Virus record (IMG/VR): IMGVR_UViG_3300021197_001995
Location: 1 to 64,000 of that record
Length of the DNA stretch: 64,000 nt
Direction: 5' to 3' (one strand)
From: a virus
Part shown: one piece after another, positions 39,201-48,472 of the stretch
Position numbering within the stretch: position 1 is the stretch's first letter
How the letters are laid out: each line of letters opens with the position of its first letter
The notes under the pieces: generated by a model
Databases searched by the model: none
What the model was told of the DNA's origin: nothing
Seen by the model: only the letters and a program-made list of their open reading frames with translations
Made by a program: the position numbers and the translations under genes

Positions 39201-42200
39201 AGAGATAAAAATCATGTCATTTGAAAAGAGCATGTATCGATCAATCTCCAAAGAGATGATTAATTTTATTTGCGGGATATCATCATACAACAACCTCATA
39301 GGCACCCCAGTAAATAAATATAGGAAGAAGTATAAATTATTGGACCACCTGAGAGGCCAGTTCTTTGAGGGGGTCAAAAACGATAACCAGTTCGAAAGGT
39401 ACGTGAAATACTATCGATGGATTGATAAGACAATCGGTGAGTTCTTAGAGCAATTAGTACCAGCGTCCATGAGGTCAAACACTGGCATAGAAAACGTAGT
39501 GGAATCTCACACTCTTGAAAGGAATAAGTACGATCACAAAATTGTAAAGATTAACACGAAAGACTTAGACCTGTCGACTAATTTATTATCAATTAATGAG
39601 CTTTTGTATGATTGGGAACATGGTCATTATTCACCCACGGAAGCAGACCATTGTCTTTGGCATCGCGACCGCGCACCTAGAGCTACAATTAGAGAAAGTT
39701 ATCAAAAGGCCCTGACAACTGTAGTGACGGGCTCTAACCACGGCTCACACTTTAGAAACTACGCACTCCGTAACCTGGTGAAGCCGTATAAGTACGCTGC
39801 AGACAAGCAACTAGATCTAAAAGTTGGGTCAAACAGGCGCGCCAACGTAATAGAAGACCTATACAAAATCATCAACGAAGGTAAAGAGATAACTCTCAAA
39901 AGTGAAGACGTCTACGAATTCAAGAAATGTAACGATGTCTTGGATCCGAACGAGAAGAAGAAATTTACAGCAAAAGTAGATGTCTCAGGTACATCCGGCT
40001 ATCTAGACGGAGACGCAGACTTGATTTTACCTTTCAGTCTTTTTAGTTCATCCGCAGGTATCGACTTCACGGACTTCCAGCGAGGCATGATGATAACAAA
40101 CAATCATGACGACACGGCTACATTGCAGAGCCCATGGATAAGAGAGAACGTAGGAGGCATGCCTCACCGAAGAGTCAAGTTTAACAGTTTAAGTAAAGAT
40201 GCAAACGGTAAAGACAAGGATAGGCCCGAAGCATACGACATAAACAATGTCATGACTGCAGCCACCGCAACTTTCACTTTTGGGGATACTGAGTTCGATG
40301 ACACCAATAATGCTTCGATAACACTTACTGATGCTGCAGGTCTATCAAAAACTTATGTAATCCGGAATGATTATGGCGCTTCCTCTGCGCTTGAGTTTAA
40401 TGCAGGCGGCAACACGAACGCTGCAGCAGAAAATTTTATCATTCTCGTAAACAGCACCAATGGTCACAACGGAACAATTATCGCGGAGAGAACCAATGGC
40501 GCAATTACTTTGACTCAAGCTACAAAAGGACCATACGGAAATACAGCAATTGCAATCTCAAATTGGAATAACATTACAGATGTTAACGCTCCATCTAAGT
40601 TTTCTGGAGGTACCGCAACATTAAAGGTAAAGGCAAATCCTCGATCTCAATCTATGTTCCACCGAGATCTCGGAGGCGCGCGCTTCTACAACATCGCAAA
40701 CATCAAAACAGAAACATCTGGGTCTCAAACTTTAACGAGAGGAAACTACACAAAGGATTATGAAATCGTCCAAACCATGGGCCGAAACATAAATAATTCA
40801 TATTTGGTCGACATCGAAGGCGCCGGTCTTGAGGGTAATTATTCACCGTCGTCTCTCTTATCTGGAGTTGTGGACTTTTCGACAGAAAGGAACACACCTT
40901 GGCCAAGTATGTTCACGGCCTTGGCCGCCACAGCGACAGTGAAAATTACAGCAGCACCGCTCGAAGGGGAACAGATAACCATAACCTCTCTACAAGGAAC
41001 ACAAAAAACATACACAGTAGCCAACTCAGAAAATCTATCAGCCCGGAATTTTGTCAAAAGTACGTTCAAGTTAACATCTTTGAGTCTGGTATCTTGTATT
41101 AACTCTTCGCATGGTCACGATGGCGAAATTGTCGCATCTTACGACAATGACACTGAAACAATAAACCTGACCCAAAGTACTCCCGGGAAGTCCGGCAATG
41201 TATCTGTCACGCACAACTTGTCCAACACAACCGTAGTCGGATTTACAAACGGCCGCGGCGTCCAAGGAGAGGAAGTGTATGCGCCGCCTGCAAGAGCGCG
41301 AAGAGAACATGTTTTTGTTAATAGGTTTAGTCCAATTGGTACTCCGGAAACACAAGGAGTTTATGGTAGAGATAGAGTATCCGGAGAGTTCTCGATCTAT
41401 AGCACGGTTAACTACAGAAATAGAGTACACAGGGAAGTATATGACAACCTTTCACAAGAGAGATCTGAGCAATTTGGCATTAGACAAAACAGCACCACGC
41501 AGGGATCTATCCATAAGACAAACAGGAACCTTCAGAGGTTTACAGGCTCTGCAGAAACGAGCGAACTCGATTATGCTACTGCTACTTTTACTTTTGGAGA
41601 TACAGAATTTAATGATACAAACAACGCGTCAATAACCCTCATCAACGGTTCTGGGCTCTCAAAAACATATGTCATTAAGAATGATTATGGAGCTTCTGCA
41701 GCAACCGAATTTAATGCCGGCGCTAATGTCGGCGTTGCAGCGGAAAATTTCATACTCCTAGTCAACGGCGCAAACGGACACAATGGTACCATCACTGCCA
41801 CGCGCGTCGGAGGAAAAATAACCCTCACTCAGGCCCATGGTGGCCAAGAAGGAAACACAGCAATCACTGCCTCTAACTGGTCGTCTATTACGGATGTAGA
41901 CGCACCCACGGCATTCCGAGGCGGAGCGTCCCGAGGTTCTAACGCAGATAACTTCTTCGTACAGCATCAGATGCCGCAAAACGACTTCGGGTACTCTTGG
42001 ATAACAGCTTCGGCAAACGAAGATGTATATAGTTTCTTGGGCAAGAACGCTAACCATGGCCACCAGCATACATTTGAATTGTCTGGATTGCTAAAGTCTA
42101 GTCAGACAATCTCTTTCGTAGACTCTTCCCCGATCTCATCAGGCTTAGATTTTATCGGTCTGAACTCGATAGCTGAGAAAACCTTGTCTACTGACACGAA

Positions 42201-45200
42201 TTTAATTTCAACCGCGCCATCAGTGCATTTGAATAGTGTACTTTTGAACCGACAGGGTCCATATGGTTGGCCATCATGGCGCCAGATACGCGGCGGAGAC
42301 CATCCTGTAAGTCGAAAGCTTAGAAGTGACAACTTGTTTTCGATTACAACCAGAGCCACCACCGGAGGTACCAGCGTTTTCCCAGAGTCATACCCGGGCA
42401 ACAGCTTTGATCTTAGCCTCGGCACCAGCGCCGGATCGGTCTCTCGAATACCTGAATTCCCTCGTCGGCCGTATACTAATCCTAGAGAGGTATCAAATTA
42501 CAAAGAAGTTATGATCTCAAATAGGTTCAGGCCAATAAACTTTAGCATTCACTTGATGTCTGAGGATGCCTCCGTAGCCCGAGGTGCATTAAACGACATC
42601 GCTTTTATGAACTCTAGAAACACACAAGAGCTTTATCAGTCATCTTGGTTTTATGATAACTTTTTTGAATCCATAGGTGTAAGCGTTGACGGTACTAGAT
42701 CACGCCCAGAAGATTTACCAACCTTCTCTAGTAAGTTTACCATACAGAACGATTTATCAAAGTTAGCAAATCAAGAGTTGTTTGACAAAATCAGGCTAAA
42801 TGAGAGTAAATTTTACAACAACGCAAACTTGCAAAAACTTAACTTGATGATTAATAGAGTCGAAGGCGAACTGTCACTGCCCTCGATCTTGAAGGAAGTT
42901 AATTATGTGGAAAAGATTTACCCTAGGGAAGTAAACACTTTTACGTCCACCGCTCGAAACCGAAACCTATTCGACTTTTTCGGGTGGAAAACTAGTCGCG
43001 ACTCTCGATCTTTGATCCTCGACGGAAACCTAAGCTATTCTGGTTATTATGCGGTATCGGACGGTGGCATCACCAACAAGCTTTTTCCTATAATAACAAC
43101 AGCGAACCAGCAAAAGGAATTTATAAGCTCATATTTTGATAAGGTCGAATTTGTAGATTTAAATCACATAGATTCGACCGCGGACGTAGCATCCGCTGGT
43201 ATCCATATAACTTCAAGTAAGTGGGTTCTCGATGCCCGCGCGACATTCACTTCTTTGCCAACGAATGTGACTGCTTCTTATTTTACAAGTGGGTCCACCT
43301 GGATGTCGACAAGAACACAAGGGACCAGAGGAGAGGGTATTTTGCAGAACGATTATAGTATCTTCGCTTTGGGTATAAATAATCTTTACGGCGCGCCCCC
43401 AATCTCTCCATTATATAACAGAAGAATGCCACAATCGTATCAAGACAATGAATATTTGTCAGGAGAAAGTCTGTGGAGCATGGGAATTGATCATAAAATC
43501 GGGCCTTTCTATGACGAATACAAAGAATTTTCAAAAGAGTCCAGGATTGTAGGTCAGCAGTACTCTCTGGTTCCAGAATTTACCATGAGTAGATATACGG
43601 AAGATCTATTAAACACTCTAGCAGACAACAACAGTAATTTCGAGCAAGAGATTGAAAATATAGGAGATTTCTTGCAAGTAACAGGGACGACTTATCACAC
43701 GTCCTCACAAGAATTTGAGATCGGTTCAAAGTTTTTCAAGACATACTCAACTAGTGATTTTTTAAAGTACTTCGCAGACTTTGATAGAAACACTCAAAGT
43801 AACGAATTCGAGTTGAGCCCTTTCAGGCTGAACCTTAGGTGCAAGGCCGTAAAAAGATTCTTGCCATACAGAGGGTTTTATCCGGCCGAGCGAGCAGTGC
43901 AACTTTCAGAGATCTTCGCAAGGTGTTATTTGGACGATAGTTCTTACACTTATGAGGAAACACCGGGCGCCCTGAACTTGATTTCTACTTCTGCCAAGAT
44001 AAAGAATCTTCTAGACCTTAAAATACAAAATTCACGCGCCCAAGCGACTAAATTGCTTTTCGGCCCGGGCGTATTGTTCAACTCGATAAAAACCGGAATC
44101 GCGGTGGATTATCCTATTTTTTCATCGTCTAACGGGTCTTTCGACGCAAACATTATAAATTGGAGCACGCAAAATAACTACGTACCGCTCAACGACTTCT
44201 CGCAGATAAGCGCAGGCTCGATAACTTGCGTAACAGGGTCATTAGTAAACTCAACGACTGACTCTGGAATCCCAAGAATTAAGGGATCGGTCTCTAGGAG
44301 GGTTACATTTGACGACTTCCTGGAACCTCATAAAATGTTCGGCGAAAAAATATATGATAACGAACCACATCCAAGCGCCAGTTTATACTACGGCTCCAGT
44401 CTGCACTTTAGGACTCTTGAGCGTCCATTCACCTTTGGCGGATTAAATAGAGATGATACGAAGCGTTACAATGGAGTATCGTTTAATAACACTACTGCAT
44501 CTTTTTATAGGTCAATGAGGCCCTATTCTGCTGCAGCAAATAACTTCGCCTCTGAGGCAGTAGATTTCTTTTTAGAAAAAGGGGAACTTCAAACCCTAAT
44601 GTCTGACCCGGTAGAGCCTCTGTTGACAGAAAATGTTCCGTACACCATGAGAGTGTATTTGTTTAATAATCAAATCTCAATGTATGACAGGCACTCGGCC
44701 TTCGGGCCCCCGGTGCACGACGGAGACATAAACTTCACCACCTATTCTGTCACAACCTATCCGGTCGCCGCCATAGCTGCCCAGGGAAAGATAGATTTCA
44801 GCGACTTTGTGGGTATTGATGCCGAAAGTGCACTGCACAATTTGCAACTTACCTTGACAAGTACGTCCGGACTCTCAAAAACGTATAAATTTAACGGCGG
44901 TACCGCCGGTACGCAAGCGCTCGGCTCGATAAACTTCAGCCATTATGCTGAAGCCCTCGGCGCCGACAATGTATTTGACACAACAACAGTAACAATGAAG
45001 TCAACTTCCGGAAGCACAGTTAAAACTTATGTGTTTACAAGCACCTCTAGTGATGGTGCAACTGGAACCGTCAACGGCAGTTCACAGGTTATAGTGCAGA
45101 CAGATGGAATAGTAAAGTTGTCTGACACTGTAGCCCAGCTAGAAGCCGCCATAGCTCATTCGAATGGTCACAATGGAAAGATCTTGACGTCATACAACTC

Positions 45201-47613
45201 GTCAACGGAAATTCTTTCTCTTACTCAGTCCCACGTTGGCAGTAATAGTACCGCCATCTCAGGAACAGGCAACATTGTTGCTGGAAAGGCTGAACCTAGC
45301 GGCTTCACAGGAGGATCATCTGGCCAAGAAGCGACAGGTTTCTTTGATGGATCAACCGTGCTTGTCGCAATGAACGGTCAAAACATTTTAGGAATAGCTC
45401 AACAATTGGTCATAGCCATTAACCATTCAAATGGCCACGGAAACACCCTCGCAGTCAGCCATTCCGGCAACGGTGGTGTCTTTTACATAACACAAGCAAC
45501 AGCAGGTTCAGCCGGCAACAAAACCATCACCGCAACTGGTGCGCTAAGTTCAAGAGTCTCGGGTCTAGTTGGAGGTGCCAACGCAACCACTGCACCTAAC
45601 CAGTTCTTGACACCTTCTAGCGCCACGAGGACTAACTCACATGGGTTTTTGCCTTATGTGCCACCATTTTTAGACCCCCAAACGTTCCCCTTTGCGGAGA
45701 TTTCGTTCACACCCACGGCAACTAGAACATATAGTGTCCCAGAAATAATCGAAGCTTCGACAATAACTTACAATAATGGCATACCGACATCAACAGCCGC
45801 CGGCAGCACTAATTATCAGAACTCCATGAACTTGTCTGCCAGCTTAGATCTCCGCGGCTCCGCTATTTTGAGGAGCGATAATGTGTCTTATAGGAGGCTT
45901 TCAAGCCCAAATAGTCGGGGCACCCTGACTGAGATGGTAAGAGACCCTGAATACGATCGCCCAAGGTGGATAATCCAGACAAAGTGGGAAGCTCCAGTTT
46001 TAGATTTTTCAAGCGCTGAAGTCAAAGCTCTAAAACTTAATGACAACACAGTCGCGACCGTTACAGGCTCTCCGTGGAAGCTAAGGTCGCAAGATAATTA
46101 CTATGAAGAAAAAGCACAATCATCAGTACCATATCTGACATCTTCTACTGGTATGTGGCACCAGTCAGGTTCTATCCCATCAGTCGACCAGGGATACTTC
46201 TTAGCTATATCTGGACCTCCTAACGAATCTACGACACAGGGAAACCTAGCCCGAAAGCTTGGATTTGTAAAAGACAACGCTGACAGTGATCAAAACGCGG
46301 CATTCGACCCTGATTCCGTAAAGAAGTTGGGGGTTATTGCAAAGGACAAGGAGGTCTGTGAAGCTGTAGTCGCAATTCCGTTCTTTAGCTCTGGCGATAA
46401 TACTGACATAGAGTTCTTTGAACTCAACGCAGCCGAATTACAAAAAGCCGGCCAGGCGAATACGGCCGCTCAAGAGAGACATGTGCAATTGCTGCACGAA
46501 AGGTCGGTAGCAGACCATGAAATACTTAAAGATAGCTATAAGGAGTTTTACGACAACCCGTCTAGCCCAACTGGAAGATTTAACATAGCATACCAACTTA
46601 GGATGATGGATAAGTTTATTCTCCCTCCTCATTTAGACTTTGTGAACAACCCCAGGATAAAGCCACACCTACAGTTTTTCTTTCAGTTCAAGGCAAAAAT
46701 AACACAAACTCAACTTAAGGATCTGTGGCAGAACGTTTATCCAGACTCGGATGTTGGCATTTTCAAGGCTCAACATTCTAGTATACGGCCAACCCAAGAG
46801 CAAGTGGAAAATTTTATAGAGACTTCTGATGTGGAGTTTTTATCCACCTATTTGGATGTCGATCCAATGATCGACTTTAAACAAATAGCCTCAAGTTTTC
46901 AAACGCCTGAAGACTTTATTGGAAACAAAGTTAGGTGGTTAATTTTTAAGGTAAAATACCGCGCAATGTCAGATTACACAGACCTAAAATTAAAGTCTCT
47001 GACCCCGTCCGGTGTTGTGGCAGACGTTTTACAGAGGAACGGACTAGTGGTTCGTAACGATAAAGTCCGCGCCGGCAAAGCTATTCAATTTAACTGGCCA
47101 TATGACTTCTTTTCTATTGTGGAATCTGCACAAATAGAAAGTAAAGTCGACTATTATTCAAAATTCGAAGTGGGCCAAACAGGTGCAGAATCTCCGTCGT
47201 CACAAGTGCAATCATTTGAAATGGTGACCTCAGAAGACGCTGTAGAAGAGTACACCACGCATGCTTCGGCCTACACATCTGCGGCCGCCTCTGGTGGTAC
47301 AGCCGGCGGTCAGTCGTCAACTCAGTATTATTCTCTGGTTGGATCAACAGAAGCGACAGAGGGTCTAGTTATACGACAGTTAATAAAATCAGACGAAGTC
47401 AATGCACCAAGCCCTGCAAACGTATATACGTTTACCGTGGACACAGGATATACAATGAAAACTAATTCAGAATCTATTTATGTTAACGGGGTATTGCAAG
47501 CAGAAGGTGCATCGAACGATTACACTATCAGTGGGAACACAATAACCTTCACTGAGAACATAGAAAATTCTTCCTCAATTTACATGACTTATTTGAAGCA
47601 GAAGAATAGCTAG
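36235..47613 (+). CDS. Giant (3792 aa) tail/baseplate protein with LamG-like domains and five inserted modules
   Basis: LamG-like TAEFW...DSKWHHYAF...YIDG...GSLDDFRFW. C-terminal IYVNGVLQ...DYTISGNTITF domain typical of phage tail proteins. Confidence 0.8.
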   Translation: MTDYSKEIRHLTSREREEFFKKKKVHFHNEKDRLLSSDLESDNEMKKYSELIKSFRPDVKAKHPGTFSFYGSAEQYYKDAIYNILNYYPFDGTKEEVLKWYLESPQIDVALLRQFWPTSVGHLDFKYSEYLPFYAGPQSIPEAEFLGKYTKGETALKIGGEKGNTAEFWLQKVDFNSDTAAQETIFHIGTHPGKKNASESANFKVYLSATASGNPFHLTYKSGTIGATDLQLNTKSLTRPAVADSKWHHYAFKITEENTKLIIKTYIDGQFDATTEHSMGSTMGTVDTYMAGALAANISDTTGNLSGSLDDFRFWKGARTEKQISKFYDKKVYASDTTKLNYDSQLGVHFSFNKKPVGVSDKDSLVLDSSGNDVLGRIKNYSTTCRRDTSAIDLHSASANTESPDPVLDYANPLVVALSEELEKIGKSYDKNNNKTLKTYLPDWTKKESKDSQSHKEFELLLQILATEFDAIKMKLDSVRKLSAPEYSEAFHLSDTQAEGTANVKIYSECGDSIYFNCADNDLDHDLIAGNEIDFSKKLLEDMGLELPNNLLLFLATPEEEAHSIVEKQTLERSIYETRQLMYKALANAYTFAGSRKGAESSYNSVLNSVALGNEVISTNIMGQNADLFVTDAKSDNISKDMKSISFAQNRDVTLFLDNTLSQDRTFLKADQEETEYTFEGTFIFPTKSSLEYDISSSSIFGLHQVAGTNGTLTTSSPDKASFQVFVDKENESSSSAKFTLKSSSGIISDISTDLIYSVYDNQPWNIALRIIKESDSKFMPQNASTVFKVQLLGHSYIGSELVESFKIESEITQAQFQNFRQSHKTVFIGAHRTNITGNLIDSSDIKVVDFNGWKAMLTDEELKLRAQNPERYGRNQSFISKDLQNNKSTARDLIFRMSPYALSDLDSENKVYLYDLSDGSVELKEKYGDLIGSRYNFKSTAFSSDLKNVIHQEFISVMENTPIQNLYGKDGIQIKSNDFNKFDVDSRPEIKIMSFEKSMYRSISKEMINFICGISSYNNLIGTPVNKYRKKYKLLDHLRGQFFEGVKNDNQFERYVKYYRWIDKTIGEFLEQLVPASMRSNTGIENVVESHTLERNKYDHKIVKINTKDLDLSTNLLSINELLYDWEHGHYSPTEADHCLWHRDRAPRATIRESYQKALTTVVTGSNHGSHFRNYALRNLVKPYKYAADKQLDLKVGSNRRANVIEDLYKIINEGKEITLKSEDVYEFKKCNDVLDPNEKKKFTAKVDVSGTSGYLDGDADLILPFSLFSSSAGIDFTDFQRGMMITNNHDDTATLQSPWIRENVGGMPHRRVKFNSLSKDANGKDKDRPEAYDINNVMTAATATFTFGDTEFDDTNNASITLTDAAGLSKTYVIRNDYGASSALEFNAGGNTNAAAENFIILVNSTNGHNGTIIAERTNGAITLTQATKGPYGNTAIAISNWNNITDVNAPSKFSGGTATLKVKANPRSQSMFHRDLGGARFYNIANIKTETSGSQTLTRGNYTKDYEIVQTMGRNINNSYLVDIEGAGLEGNYSPSSLLSGVVDFSTERNTPWPSMFTALAATATVKITAAPLEGEQITITSLQGTQKTYTVANSENLSARNFVKSTFKLTSLSLVSCINSSHGHDGEIVASYDNDTETINLTQSTPGKSGNVSVTHNLSNTTVVGFTNGRGVQGEEVYAPPARARREHVFVNRFSPIGTPETQGVYGRDRVSGEFSIYSTVNYRNRVHREVYDNLSQERSEQFGIRQNSTTQGSIHKTNRNLQRFTGSAETSELDYATATFTFGDTEFNDTNNASITLINGSGLSKTYVIKNDYGASAATEFNAGANVGVAAENFILLVNGANGHNGTITATRVGGKITLTQAHGGQEGNTAITASNWSSITDVDAPTAFRGGASRGSNADNFFVQHQMPQNDFGYSWITASANEDVYSFLGKNANHGHQHTFELSGLLKSSQTISFVDSSPISSGLDFIGLNSIAEKTLSTDTNLISTAPSVHLNSVLLNRQGPYGWPSWRQIRGGDHPVSRKLRSDNLFSITTRATTGGTSVFPESYPGNSFDLSLGTSAGSVSRIPEFPRRPYTNPREVSNYKEVMISNRFRPINFSIHLMSEDASVARGALNDIAFMNSRNTQELYQSSWFYDNFFESIGVSVDGTRSRPEDLPTFSSKFTIQNDLSKLANQELFDKIRLNESKFYNNANLQKLNLMINRVEGELSLPSILKEVNYVEKIYPREVNTFTSTARNRNLFDFFGWKTSRDSRSLILDGNLSYSGYYAVSDGGITNKLFPIITTANQQKEFISSYFDKVEFVDLNHIDSTADVASAGIHITSSKWVLDARATFTSLPTNVTASYFTSGSTWMSTRTQGTRGEGILQNDYSIFALGINNLYGAPPISPLYNRRMPQSYQDNEYLSGESLWSMGIDHKIGPFYDEYKEFSKESRIVGQQYSLVPEFTMSRYTEDLLNTLADNNSNFEQEIENIGDFLQVTGTTYHTSSQEFEIGSKFFKTYSTSDFLKYFADFDRNTQSNEFELSPFRLNLRCKAVKRFLPYRGFYPAERAVQLSEIFARCYLDDSSYTYEETPGALNLISTSAKIKNLLDLKIQNSRAQATKLLFGPGVLFNSIKTGIAVDYPIFSSSNGSFDANIINWSTQNNYVPLNDFSQISAGSITCVTGSLVNSTTDSGIPRIKGSVSRRVTFDDFLEPHKMFGEKIYDNEPHPSASLYYGSSLHFRTLERPFTFGGLNRDDTKRYNGVSFNNTTASFYRSMRPYSAAANNFASEAVDFFLEKGELQTLMSDPVEPLLTENVPYTMRVYLFNNQISMYDRHSAFGPPVHDGDINFTTYSVTTYPVAAIAAQGKIDFSDFVGIDAESALHNLQLTLTSTSGLSKTYKFNGGTAGTQALGSINFSHYAEALGADNVFDTTTVTMKSTSGSTVKTYVFTSTSSDGATGTVNGSSQVIVQTDGIVKLSDTVAQLEAAIAHSNGHNGKILTSYNSSTEILSLTQSHVGSNSTAISGTGNIVAGKAEPSGFTGGSSGQEATGFFDGSTVLVAMNGQNILGIAQQLVIAINHSNGHGNTLAVSHSGNGGVFYITQATAGSAGNKTITATGALSSRVSGLVGGANATTAPNQFLTPSSATRTNSHGFLPYVPPFLDPQTFPFAEISFTPTATRTYSVPEIIEASTITYNNGIPTSTAAGSTNYQNSMNLSASLDLRGSAILRSDNVSYRRLSSPNSRGTLTEMVRDPEYDRPRWIIQTKWEAPVLDFSSAEVKALKLNDNTVATVTGSPWKLRSQDNYYEEKAQSSVPYLTSSTGMWHQSGSIPSVDQGYFLAISGPPNESTTQGNLARKLGFVKDNADSDQNAAFDPDSVKKLGVIAKDKEVCEAVVAIPFFSSGDNTDIEFFELNAAELQKAGQANTAAQERHVQLLHERSVADHEILKDSYKEFYDNPSSPTGRFNIAYQLRMMDKFILPPHLDFVNNPRIKPHLQFFFQFKAKITQTQLKDLWQNVYPDSDVGIFKAQHSSIRPTQEQVENFIETSDVEFLSTYLDVDPMIDFKQIASSFQTPEDFIGNKVRWLIFKVKYRAMSDYTDLKLKSLTPSGVVADVLQRNGLVVRNDKVRAGKAIQFNWPYDFFSIVESAQIESKVDYYSKFEVGQTGAESPSSQVQSFEMVTSEDAVEEYTTHASAYTSAAASGGTAGGQSSTQYYSLVGSTEATEGLVIRQLIKSDEVNAPSPANVYTFTVDTGYTMKTNSESIYVNGVLQAEGASNDYTISGNTITFTENIENSSSIYMTYLKQKNS
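40261..41925 (+). repeat. Dispersed protein-level repeat: two 117-codon copies (40261-40611 and 41575-41925) with a diverged copy between them (40924-41253)
   Basis: ATATFTFGDTEF.DTNNASITL....GLSKTYVI.NDYGAS...NGHNGTI...ITLTQA...GNTAI..SNW..ITDV.AP..F.GG aligns without gaps, with about 32 of 117 residues differing by hand count. Confidence 0.9.
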
Positions 47614-47632
47614 AAAAGGAGACTGACAAAAA

Positions 47633-48466
47633 ATGGCATTTTTTGATCAAAAAGAAGAAGTGATGGACGTCGAGTTGACGCAATTTGGTAAAAATTGTTT
47701 GGCGAGGGGGGTGTTTAAGCCTGCCTATTATCAGTTCTTTGATGATGACATTTTATATAACTCAAGAAACGGAGGGTTTTCTGAGCACCAAAACGATTCA
47801 GAGGTGAGAATCTTGACAGAGACACCGAAATTGAAGACTCTGCACTTAACTTATTCTGTTAAAGAGCAATATAAAGTAGATGATCAATTGATTGTGGATC
47901 GTCTAAAACCTAGGTTTATGCCGCTTCGTCAAAACGTAGATCCGGACTTGCAAAGCAAAATCTTAATTTACCCAATGGCCGAACAAGAAGTTTCGTCCAA
48001 CGAATATCCGAGATTTTCAGTGGTATCAAATGATGCACCATTTACGCAAGCGACCATAACCTTCCTGACGTCATCACAAGTCATAAGAAAAGTTCCTCAG
48101 ATACAAGTAAATCCAAAATTTACAATAAGTAGGAGCAATTCTAACTCCATGCAAGAAAGGATAACAGAGGAAGACCACTATGATCTTATGTCTAACGAAA
48201 TAACTTTTTCAGATAACTCAAAAATAATTAAGACAGAAGAAAATTTTTTAATAGATCTGGAAGAGATAGGGTCTTTCCATGGCCTAGACAATTTTGAAGT
48301 AGAAATTTATGAAGTGCTGCAGAACGACGACCGTGAATTTCTATTGAGGATCGATGACCGGGACCAAATCAACACTCGATTCGAGATCAAAACAGATTCA
48401 GATGTCGAAGGCCTCAAAACCCAAAACGCGAAGCAAACAAATTATAGAAAAAGAGGGGAGGTTTAA
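47633..48466 (+). CDS. Putative tail/baseplate protein with tail-collar-like N-terminus
   Basis: AAGGAG SD. MAFFDQKEEVMDVELTQFGKNCLARG...YYQFFDDDILY is paralogous to the N-terminus of 55247-56293. Confidence 0.6.
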   Translation: MAFFDQKEEVMDVELTQFGKNCLARGVFKPAYYQFFDDDILYNSRNGGFSEHQNDSEVRILTETPKLKTLHLTYSVKEQYKVDDQLIVDRLKPRFMPLRQNVDPDLQSKILIYPMAEQEVSSNEYPRFSVVSNDAPFTQATITFLTSSQVIRKVPQIQVNPKFTISRSNSNSMQERITEEDHYDLMSNEITFSDNSKIIKTEENFLIDLEEIGSFHGLDNFEVEIYEVLQNDDREFLLRIDDRDQINTRFEIKTDSDVEGLKTQNAKQTNYRKRGEV

Positions 48467-48472
48467 AATCAG

